In this document: positions 1 to 7,094 of the stretch, piece by piece
Layout: each line of letters begins with the position of its first letter
How positions within the stretch are numbered: position 1 is the first letter of the stretch
Program-made: the position numbers and the translations under genes
From: a bacterium
GTDB lineage: Bacteria; Zhuqueibacterota; Zhuqueibacteria; Oceanimicrobiales; Oceanimicrobiaceae
Direction of reading: 5' to 3'
DNA length: 13,440 nucleotides
Assembly (NCBI GenBank): GCA_046757525.1
Contig: JBHHYI010000112.1
Coordinates: 1 to 13,440, forward strand
The notes under the pieces: model-generated
Told to the model about the DNA's origin: nothing
Database searches by the model: none
The model's input: the letters and a program-made list of their open reading frames with translations, nothing else

Positions 1-162
1 CTAGGGAGGCGAAAACGAAGATGGGAAAAAAGCCGGCAAGAGAATCCCGTTGTTGGTATGGCCGCCCGGAACACGTGTTCATGACAGGCACGGTGTAAAT
101 CGTTAACTCCATATTTGAGCAGAAACTTTTAACACTACGTGAATCAAGCAAAGGAGGAGAAA

Positions 163-1458
163 ATGTTGCGAGTCAAAATAGCGTTTGTGGTAGTGGCATT
201 GTTTGGCTTGATTGGTCCCGGGTCATTGTCCGCGCAGAAGGTTGTGATGAAAGCCGGGCGGTTGATCGACGGACTCAGTGGCAAGGTCAAACAGGACGTG
301 ACCATCGTTGTTCAGGGTAGCAGAATTTCAGCGATGGGAAAGAATGTGGCAATCCCAGATGCGGCCACCGTGCTGGACCTGGGTGACCAGACCGTTCTGC
401 CCGGATTCATCGATGCGCACACGCACATTCTGTTGCAGGGGGACGTTACCGCGGCGGAATATGAAGAACAGGTCTACAAGGAGTCCATTCCCTATCGAAC
501 CATCCGGGCAGTGGCGGCCGTGCGTCAGGCGTTGTGGAACGGTTTCACCGCCATGCGCGATGTGGAAACGGAAGGGGCCCTGTATGCAGATGTGGACGTG
601 AAAAACGCCATCAAAGCGGGTATCGTGCCCGGGCCGCACCTGTGGGTTTCCACCCGCGCGCTCAGCGTTACCGGTCGTTACGGGCCCACGGGCTATGCCT
701 GGGAGCTGGATTTGCCCAAAGGCGTGCAGATCGTCGACGGGGCGGATGCGTGCCGCAAAGCGGTTCGTGAACAAGTAGCTCACGGCGCCGACTGGATCAA
801 ATTCTACGCCGATTCCCGCTACTTCATCGACTCGGACGGGGGTCTCTCCAGCATGCCAAATTTCACCAAAGAGGAAATCACCGCCATTGTGGAAGAAGCC
901 CATCGTCTGGGCCACAAAGTTGCAGCCCATGCCATGGGGCGCAATGGCATCAAAGCCGCGCTGGATGCGGGCGTGGAGAGCATTGAACATGGCGTGGGTT
1001 TCGACGATGCGCTGATTGCGCAAGCGAAATCGCAGGGGGTCTTCTGGTGTCCAACCATGCTGGTGTTGGAATATGTGGCGCCGGGGCGTGCCAAGGCTGG
1101 CAGCGCCATTTGGGTTAAGATGTTGCCCATGCTCTACAAAGCCGTCAACAAAGCCTATAAGGCCGGCCTGAAGATAGCATTGGGCACGGACGCCGGCGGT
1201 TTCCCGTGGAGCCTGAATCAGGCCAAAGAGTTTGAGCTTCTTGTCAGGAAGGCGGGATTCACCGCCATGGATGCCATCAGGGCCGGGACTTCTGTGGCAG
1301 CGGATTTGTTAGGGGCTTCGGACCAAATCGGTCATCTGGCACCAGGCATGCACGCCGATATGGTGGCGGTGCCAGGAGATCCTTTGCAAGATATCACCGT
1401 GTTGCAGCAGGTGACGTTCGTCATGAAAGATGGCGAAATATTTCGTTACGAGAAATGA
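163..1458 (+). CDS. Metal-dependent amidohydrolase (Xaa-Pro dipeptidase-like subgroup), predicted secreted
   Basis: PGFIDAHTH metal-binding motif, KVAAHA, SIEHG, GTDAG and the C-terminal G-x-x-AD-x-V-x-V-x-GDPL signature. Start moved from GTG 139 to ATG 163, which follows AAGGAGGAG. N-terminus is hydrophobic and signal-peptide-like (KIAFVVVALFGLIGPGSLSA). Confidence 0.9.
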   Translation: MLRVKIAFVVVALFGLIGPGSLSAQKVVMKAGRLIDGLSGKVKQDVTIVVQGSRISAMGKNVAIPDAATVLDLGDQTVLPGFIDAHTHILLQGDVTAAEYEEQVYKESIPYRTIRAVAAVRQALWNGFTAMRDVETEGALYADVDVKNAIKAGIVPGPHLWVSTRALSVTGRYGPTGYAWELDLPKGVQIVDGADACRKAVREQVAHGADWIKFYADSRYFIDSDGGLSSMPNFTKEEITAIVEEAHRLGHKVAAHAMGRNGIKAALDAGVESIEHGVGFDDALIAQAKSQGVFWCPTMLVLEYVAPGRAKAGSAIWVKMLPMLYKAVNKAYKAGLKIALGTDAGGFPWSLNQAKEFELLVRKAGFTAMDAIRAGTSVAADLLGASDQIGHLAPGMHADMVAVPGDPLQDITVLQQVTFVMKDGEIFRYEK

Positions 1459-1506
1459 TGAGCCTGAGACCAGTTTTTGGGCGAATTTATTCACGTCAAT
1501 TAAATT

Positions 1507-1547
1507 TTGTTAACAATACTGGCATTTATGGGAAAAAATGTTATATT
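1507..1547 (+). promoter_or_regulatory. Putative sigma70 extended -10 promoter of the response regulator with an adjacent palindrome
   Basis: TG-n-TATATT at 1539-1547, weak -35 CTGGCA at 1519-1524 (17-nt spacer), and perfect palindrome TTGTTAACAA at 1507-1516. Confidence 0.4.
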
Positions 1548-1614
1548 TTTGTCGGGGAAATGAGAACGACTATGTAAAAAGTAACCACTCGATAACCCTA
1601 AAAGGAACAATGCC

Positions 1615-2868
1615 ATGTCTACCCTCCTGATTGCCGACGACGAACAAACATTTTTGGACTTCATGGTGCGACTGCTGCAGAAAGATCATCACCTCTTGAT
1701 TGCCAGAAACTGGAACGAAGTATTGGAAAAATTTGAGTCCAATCTGTGGCGTTTGAACGCGACGATTCTGGACGTGCACATGCCCGGCCTAAGCGTAGAT
1801 CCGTTCTCCATGGTAGACAAGCTGCTAAAATCCAACCGAACCGTTCCAATGATCATAATTTCAGGACAGGACATCGTCCTGCGACACGAATTTCTGAAAA
1901 TGGGTGTGTTCCAATATCACGGTAAGCCCATCGATATGATGGATTTGAAGATTACGATTCACGGTGCCTTAGAATATAACCGCATTTTGCGCAGGTTGGG
2001 GCATTTTGAAAAAAATGAAGCGGATGAGGTTAAATATTACCAGAGATTGCTCAATGTTGATTTGAACGAAACCCGCGAACGCATCGAAAGCTATGATACG
2101 AAGACGACCAAGTCGCCTCTTTTGGTTCGTGCTGAAATCGGCACCCGGCCTTACATGTTCGCAAAAGTCGTCGGCAAGGAGGTCGATGGCAGGCTTTTTT
2201 TCCATAAGATTTGCAGCGAATCCCTGAAAAATATCATCCCCTACAACCTGCAAAACGGGGACACCTTGTATTTGGAAGGCATCGAAAAACTGGGACAGGA
2301 TGAGATCGTTTTTCTTGCTGGAGTGGTCAACGAACTAAAGTCCGGTACCCCTACCAATGGCAATGGGTTGCCAGGGTTCAGACTCATTGCGTCGATTTCT
2401 GCACAATCAGACAACGAATTGGCCGGCAATCCCAAGCTCATGCAGCTTGTGGAACAATTGGCTGAAGCTGAATTCCGCATCGAACCGCTGCGATTCAGAA
2501 AACACGAATTGCGCAATATCATTTCCTTGAATTTCGAAAGACAGAAGAAAGAGGTCATTTCCAGGGCAAATTCTATTTCTGAGGAGCTCTACAACCTCCT
2601 GATCAACTACGATTGGCCACTAAATTTCACCGAATTGGATATCATCATTTACAGCCTGCTTGTAACGAGCACCGACGCCATTTTGCAGCCCAAGCATCTG
2701 CACCAATTGGATTTTTCCGATATTGTCCACACCAAATATCCCACCCTGGATGATATGGTAGACGAACACATTAAGAAGGCCCTGCGTTTAACGATGGGAA
2801 ACAAGTCGCGCGCTGCAAAAATGCTTGGCATCACCCCCAAGACGCTCTACTCCAAAATCAGACACTAA
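1615..2868 (+). CDS. NtrC-like response regulator (receiver + degenerate AAA+ + Fis-type HTH)
   Basis: Receiver: LLIADDE, ILDVHMPG, IIISG, GKP. AAA+ remnants: FRLIAS, IEPLRFRKHEL, YDWPLNFTEL. Fis HTH: GNKSRAAKMLGITPKTLYSKI. AAGGA upstream of ATG. Confidence 0.88.
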   Translation: MSTLLIADDEQTFLDFMVRLLQKDHHLLIARNWNEVLEKFESNLWRLNATILDVHMPGLSVDPFSMVDKLLKSNRTVPMIIISGQDIVLRHEFLKMGVFQYHGKPIDMMDLKITIHGALEYNRILRRLGHFEKNEADEVKYYQRLLNVDLNETRERIESYDTKTTKSPLLVRAEIGTRPYMFAKVVGKEVDGRLFFHKICSESLKNIIPYNLQNGDTLYLEGIEKLGQDEIVFLAGVVNELKSGTPTNGNGLPGFRLIASISAQSDNELAGNPKLMQLVEQLAEAEFRIEPLRFRKHELRNIISLNFERQKKEVISRANSISEELYNLLINYDWPLNFTELDIIIYSLLVTSTDAILQPKHLHQLDFSDIVHTKYPTLDDMVDEHIKKALRLTMGNKSRAAKMLGITPKTLYSKIRH

Positions 2869-2976
2869 AAACAGCTTGCTTGTTTGCTAATTTCTGCTAT
2901 TTTTTAATAGTGGAAATTGGAGCGTTCTACCCCGATTTTCTGCAGCGTTTTGCATAGGACTAAAGCGAAGTTATGT

Positions 2977-3384
2977 ATGCAGTCTGAAGAACCCTCTCCA
3001 CAAAAACCAATCCGATTGGATAAATGGCTCAAAATCAGTCGAATCTACAAGACCCGGGCCATTGCCGCGCGGGCGTGCGAAGAAGGGAGGGTTAAAGTGA
3101 ATGGGAACAAAGCCAAAGCAGCGCGACTGATTAGAATTGGGGATGAAGTCACCATAAGAATCCGGGGAAGGTACCGTACCTTTGATGTGCTGGATATCGT
3201 TTTCAAGAGTATTTCAAATAAAGAAGCCAAATCGTTGTACCAGGAACACAAACCCAAAATTGCCGAGGAGTCGCAGGAACTCTACGAACTGCTGCAACAT
3301 TGGGACGAAGTCGGCAGGAGAAAATACAAAGGTCGGCCTACCAAGAAAGAGAGACGTGATATGAATAAAATTCGCGGGTTCTGA
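2977..3384 (+). CDS. hslR: RNA-binding S4-domain protein, ribosome-associated heat shock protein Hsp15
   Basis: IRLDKWLKISRIYKTRAIAARACEEGRVKVNG (S4 domain) and C-terminal GRPTKKERR typical of Hsp15. ATG 2977 preferred over TTG 2917 on family length. Confidence 0.88.
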   Translation: MQSEEPSPQKPIRLDKWLKISRIYKTRAIAARACEEGRVKVNGNKAKAARLIRIGDEVTIRIRGRYRTFDVLDIVFKSISNKEAKSLYQEHKPKIAEESQELYELLQHWDEVGRRKYKGRPTKKERRDMNKIRGF

Positions 3385-3426
3385 GTGAAAGGGGTAACAC
3401 GCCTGAAGCAGCGCACACCAGACAGG

Positions 3427-4497
3427 TCAATGGTGCTGTTGTTTGACAGCCTCGCAAACAAGATCTCCCACCTCTTTTGTTCCCAAACTTCCGCCTAAAT
3501 CCTGGGTGCTGTTGCCGGTTCGAATCGATTCGACGACCGCTTTTTCAATGAGGGCATTGCATTCTGGATAGCCCAAATAATCCAGCATGATGCCCACGGT
3601 GAGGATGGCAGCTACGGGATTTGCTGTGTTTTTGCCAGCGTATTTGGGTGCAGAACCGTGCACCGGCTCAAACATGGAGGTGCTTTCCGGGTTGATGTTT
3701 CCGGAGGCAGCCAGGCCCAGCCCTCCCTGAAGTTGAGCGCCCAGATCCGTGACGATGTCGCCAAACATGTTGCAGGTGACGATCACTTCAAACTGCTCCG
3801 GCCGCTTCACCATCTGCATGGTCAGGGCATCGACATACAGGTGCTGTTTTTCGATATTGGGATATTCCTGACCAACCTCCTCAAAGGTGCGCAGCCAAAG
3901 GTCGTGCCCAAAGCGCAAGGCATTGCTTTTATCAGCCATGGTTACTTTTGCCAGCCCTTTGTTTTTGGCAAATTCGAAGGCGTAGCGAATGATGCGTTCC
4001 ACGCCCTTTCTGGTATTGACGTCTTCCTGGGTAGCGATCTCATCCGGAGTCCCCTTCTTGAAAATGCCGCCCATGCCAACGTACAACCCCTCGGTGTTTT
4101 CTCTGAAAACCACAAAATTTATGTCCTTTTCTGTTTTGTTTTTTAAGGGACACAGTTTTTGATCCAATAGAATTATGGGGCGGTAATTGACATACAGATC
4201 CAGCTTGAATCTAAGCCCCAGCAAGATGTCGCGGGCATGGGTCATGTCCGGGATGCGCGGATCCCCCAGAGCACCCAGGTAGATGGCGTCATAATTGTTT
4301 CTGAAGTCCTCCACTTGTTCTTCCGGCATGGTGGTACCGTCTCTTAAGTAGCGTTCAGCGCCGTAGTCGAAATGTTTGACATCTAAAGGCAGGGAAAACA
4401 TTTGTTGAACCGTCTCCAGCACTTTCATGGCTTCGTGAGTTACGTCCACGCCGATGCCGTCGCCAGGGATCGCGGCAATTTTGTGAGTTCGTTGCAT
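3427..4497 (-). CDS. leuB: 3-isopropylmalate dehydrogenase / tartrate dehydrogenase family beta-decarboxylating dehydrogenase
   Basis: [53 protein letters not shown] motifs; AGGAG upstream. Family is secure, but substrate and symbol are less certain because no leuCD is in the window. Confidence 0.75.
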   Translation of the reverse strand: MQRTHKIAAIPGDGIGVDVTHEAMKVLETVQQMFSLPLDVKHFDYGAERYLRDGTTMPEEQVEDFRNNYDAIYLGALGDPRIPDMTHARDILLGLRFKLDLYVNYRPIILLDQKLCPLKNKTEKDINFVVFRENTEGLYVGMGGIFKKGTPDEIATQEDVNTRKGVERIIRYAFEFAKNKGLAKVTMADKSNALRFGHDLWLRTFEEVGQEYPNIEKQHLYVDALTMQMVKRPEQFEVIVTCNMFGDIVTDLGAQLQGGLGLAASGNINPESTSMFEPVHGSAPKYAGKNTANPVAAILTVGIMLDYLGYPECNALIEKAVVESIRTGNSTQDLGGSLGTKEVGDLVCEAVKQQHH

Positions 4498-4674
4498 GCT
4501 GCTCTCCTGAAATCAACAACACAAGAATAGTGAATGAATATGAATAAGTTAACCATTCTTACCGATTAAATCAAGACAGAAGTCGGTTCCTTTGGGAGAA
4601 CAGCTTGGTGGCACCTGCCGTCACCTGGCCAGCAAGTCCCCGTGGCGCTATAAATAAAGCAAAGCTGCCGTGTG

Positions 4675-4980
4675 TTAGAACGAACGTTGTGAAAGTGCCT
4701 TTAAGACAATTTCAGGTGCAAACGAAGCAACTTTTAGTAGAGATTTTGCAGCACCACTGGGTTTACGACGTCCCTGTTCCCATTCTTGCAGGGTTCTTAC
4801 GGAAACGCCAAGCATAGCAGCAAACTTTTCTTGGCTCATGTGCAATTTATTATTTCTAATAGTTTTTATGTCATCGGGCAATTCAAAGGTGAAAGTACGG
4901 CTCGCTTTCAGTTTGCCTTCTGATATATCGATAGCTTGCTTTGTACTTTCGACCAGTCGTTCAAAGAGTTTTTCATCCAT
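4675..4980 (-). CDS. HigA-type XRE/Cro helix-turn-helix antitoxin
   Basis: MSQEKFAAMLGVSVRTLQEWEQGRRKPSGAAKSLL HTH. Start overlaps the toxin stop (TAATG at 4982-4978). Confidence 0.88.
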   Translation of the reverse strand: MDEKLFERLVESTKQAIDISEGKLKASRTFTFELPDDIKTIRNNKLHMSQEKFAAMLGVSVRTLQEWEQGRRKPSGAAKSLLKVASFAPEIVLKALSQRSF

Positions 4981-5300
4981 TATTTTATCCTTTCGATGAG
5001 TGACTTGATAGTTTTTCGTTGCTTTGGAGTCAGGTCTGCTTGTTTCGCTTTCTTATATACAAGAAGTAAATATATTCTTTCATTAACTTGATAATAATAA
5101 ATGATTCGAATGCCACCACTTTTCCCTTTACCCGGGATTGCAAATCTCAGTTTTCTTGCGCCACCCGTTCCTTTGATAAGTTTTCCTTTCGTTGGCGTCT
5201 CAATGAGTTCTAGTTGGAGTGCTCGATATTCATTTGGGCCTAAGAATTTGTCGATGTCTTCGGTGAAAATAGGGGTTTCTATAATTTCGATTACTTTCAC
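4980..5300 (-). CDS. RelE/HigB-family type II toxin (toxin-first operon)
   Basis: IETPIF, LIKGTGGARKLRFAIPGKGKSGGIRIIYYY and LLLVYKKAKQADLT are typical of HigB-2/RelE-like toxins. GTG start. Confidence 0.88.
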   Translation of the reverse strand: MKVIEIIETPIFTEDIDKFLGPNEYRALQLELIETPTKGKLIKGTGGARKLRFAIPGKGKSGGIRIIYYYQVNERIYLLLVYKKAKQADLTPKQRKTIKSLIERIK

Positions 5301-5330
5301 GCTCTTCTATCTATCGGATAATACTTTTAC

Positions 5331-5359
5331 AATATATACGGCATAGACGTATATTGCAA
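5331..5359 (-). promoter_or_regulatory. Sigma70 promoter of the TA operon with overlapping inverted-repeat operator
   Basis: Minus strand: TTGCAA (5359-5354), 17 nt, TATATT (5336-5331). Perfect inverted repeat ATATACG-N7-CGTATAT (5334-5354) spans the spacer. Confidence 0.75.
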
Positions 5360-5385
5360 GAGTTTTTTCTAATTTTTTTCTTTTA

Positions 5386-5437
5386 GGAAACGCTCTGTTG
5401 AACGTAACGCAATCGTCTCGATTGCGCAGGCGTTTCC
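5386..5437. repeat. Nested palindrome, REP-like
   Basis: CGCAATCG-TCT-CGATTGCG (5408-5426) preceded by GTAA and enclosed by GGAAACGC (5386-5393) / GCGTTTCC (5430-5437). Confidence 0.5.
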
Positions 5438-5493
5438 GACATTCAAAGCAACAAGTTTTTGTTGGGTTGTCAAACGGTAACCTTCTCAAAGAA

Positions 5494-5593
5494 GGTCACC
5501 GTTTGGTCCCGACCGCTTTTGGATCGGAAGGTATCGAAGGGCGACGTCGGTCACCCCTCGATACGGTCACCTGAACAGCGGTGACCTACTCGA
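5494..5593. repeat. Cluster of hairpins, REP-like miniature element
   Basis: GTATCGAAGGG (5531-5541) / CCCCTCGATAC (5554-5564); GGTCACC (5565-5571) / GGTGACC (5580-5586) followed by TACTCG. GGTCACC occurs three times (5494, 5549, 5565). Confidence 0.55.
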
Positions 5594-5667
5594 GATGACT
5601 CGCACACTGGTTCAAGTTCAGTGGCCCAAAACCGCACCGCTGAGCCCTGCGTTGAAAAGAATTCTGC

Positions 5668-5696
5668 TTGAATCGGAAAAAGGATTTTATTATTTT
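5668..5696 (+). promoter_or_regulatory. Putative sigma70 promoter of the HAD hydrolase
   Basis: TTGAAT (5668-5673), 17 nt, TATTTT (5691-5696), 6 nt before ATG 5703. Confidence 0.45.
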
Positions 5697-5702
5697 GATC
5701 GT

Positions 5703-6404
5703 ATGGCTGCCGATGACAAAATAAAGTTCATCTACTTTGACCTGGACGACACGCTATTTGACCACACGCGTTCTGAACAGATGGCGCTAAAGTCTCTGTT
5801 CCAATCCATGCCACAGACTTTTGCCTCCATTGACCAGGCCTCCTTTCTAAGAACTTATAAAAGAATCAACGGTGAGCTGTGGACGCAAATGGCCGAGGGC
5901 AAAATCTCTGCGCAGCAATTGAAACGTTTGCGATTTGAGCTGACTTTCAAAGCGTTCGACGTCGGTTGCACCAATGCCGACGAGATTTCGAGGCGCTATT
6001 TGGAGGTGTACTCCCAAATGGACTTTGTTTTGCCCAACACCACCGAAACCTTGCAATACTTGAACTCAAAATACGAGTTGGGCATTCTGTCTAATGGGTT
6101 TGAAGGAATTCAGGAGACCAAACTCAGGAATACGAAGTTGGGTTCTTATTTCCTGGTCAAGATTTTTTCGGGAAACGTAGGTGCCATGAAACCGGATCCG
6201 AGAATTTTTTCAGCAGCCACGCAAGCCACCAATGTGCGGCCCGCAGGAATCGTTTACGTGGGCGATTCCTATGAAAACGACATCGTCGGTGCAAAGGCTG
6301 CAGGGTGGCGCTGCGTATTTTTTAACCCGAATAAAGAAATTGTGCAGGATACTTTGGCGGACCACGAAATCACGGATCTGTTACACCTTACAGAGATATT
6401 TTGA
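5703..6404 (+). CDS. HAD-superfamily hydrolase, YjjG-like noncanonical pyrimidine nucleotidase
   Basis: Motif I FDLDDTLFD, motif II LSNG, motifs III/IV KPDPRIF and YVGDSYENDIVGA; cap segment INGELW...LRF as in YjjG. ATG 5703 chosen because motif I is normally near the N-terminus. Confidence 0.88.
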   Translation: MAADDKIKFIYFDLDDTLFDHTRSEQMALKSLFQSMPQTFASIDQASFLRTYKRINGELWTQMAEGKISAQQLKRLRFELTFKAFDVGCTNADEISRRYLEVYSQMDFVLPNTTETLQYLNSKYELGILSNGFEGIQETKLRNTKLGSYFLVKIFSGNVGAMKPDPRIFSAATQATNVRPAGIVYVGDSYENDIVGAKAAGWRCVFFNPNKEIVQDTLADHEITDLLHLTEIF

Positions 6405-6472
6405 GAGGCGTGTGGCCAGGCTACTCAACCTTCTTTACCCTCATTTTTTGATGGTGGCTCAGCAATAAAGGT

Positions 6473-6880
6473 TTACGGCAAGTCCTGAATCACCTCTGCC
6501 AGCGCAGCACGAATCTCTGGTTCGTCCATCCGGTGGCCGTCCATTTTCTTCTTCACCTGATCCTGGTTGTCGAATATAACCAGGCCGTGGCTGCGGAAGC
6601 CGTAGGCTTTGATCTGTGCCTTGTTTTCTGGTGCAGTCGCATCTAAGATTTCACACTGCAACGCCCCTTTAAACTCTTTTTCCAGGCCATTCACGATGGC
6701 CGTCACCTTGGCGCAGTAGGGTCAGCCGGGAATCGCATAGTAGACGATTTTAGCCTGGAGTGCTTTCTTTGGCCCCTCCTTGGCACTGTTGTCGGACGGT
6801 TCGCTTCGCTGCGCACAGGCATAAAACAAAGCCGCGAGGAGCAGCAAGTTGCACAAGCGACTTCTATTAAAAGTGGTCAT
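6473..6880 (-). CDS. Candidate selenoprotein: 135-aa thioredoxin-fold (lipo)protein with UPYC active site (in-frame TGA = Sec53)
   Basis: ATG 6880 with AGGAG 6 nt upstream. Reads MTTFNRSRLCNLLLLAALFYACAQRSEPSDNSAKEGPKKALQAKIVYYAIPG-TGA-PYCAKVTAIVNGLEKEFKG... in frame with track ORF 6473-6706. Beta-strand/UxxC/helix pattern of the Trx fold, with a downstream SECIS-like hairpin. Confidence 0.85.
6685..6701 (-). promoter_or_regulatory. Candidate bacterial SECIS element
   Basis: GGCCAU-CGUGA-AUGGCC: 6-bp perfect stem starting 21 nt after the UGA. The apical loop starts at +27 with G then U at loop positions 2-3. Confidence 0.65.
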
Positions 6881-6929
6881 GGATATCTCCTGGTAAGTGA
6901 ATAGGGCTTTGGTAGATTAATGTGGCCAG

Positions 6930-7085
6930 TGGTATGGCATCCCCCTTGGTGCCGCTAAAGCGGACCATTGTCCCCAATGATCTGAGCTCACCGCCGGTGC
7001 TCCATTGGTCGGGACGAAGGACGTCCTGCTTTGAATGACTGACAGGTTGCCACCAGCAAGACACCTTGTGTTCCATGCTACACCA
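6930..7085 (-). ncRNA. Candidate structured intergenic RNA or palindromic element, family not recognised
   Basis: Terminal stem 6930-6940/7075-7085, inner stem 6948-6953/7060-7065, long hairpin 6970-7015, small hairpins 6952-6963, 7025-7046 and 7047-7059. G-U wobbles mostly favour the minus strand. Confidence 0.35.
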
Positions 7086-7094
7086 AAAAACCAA

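Noticed and set aside
1..82. Possible start of a divergent minus-strand gene (MNTCSGRPYQQRDSLAGFFPIFVFASL...) running off the window
   Set aside because: Too short to evaluate and no clear RBS.
4585..4680. Possible integron attC after the antitoxin (TTCTAAC containing the stop; CAGCTT/AAGCTG arms)
   Set aside because: No correctly spaced GTTRRRY R' box complementary to TTCTAAC, and no integrase or other cassettes.
6402..6413. HAD stop TGA followed by GAG GCG TGT (would read UEAC)
   Set aside because: The HAD domain is complete at the stop, there is no Trx-like context or clear SECIS, and the extension would run into the convergent gene. Treated as chance.
7020..7075. tRNA-Sec-like fragments (TGGTG loop, TTCAAA) in the structured intergenic region
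   Set aside because: No 7-nt anticodon loop closed by a proper stem, no GTTCGA T-arm and no matching acceptor stem.
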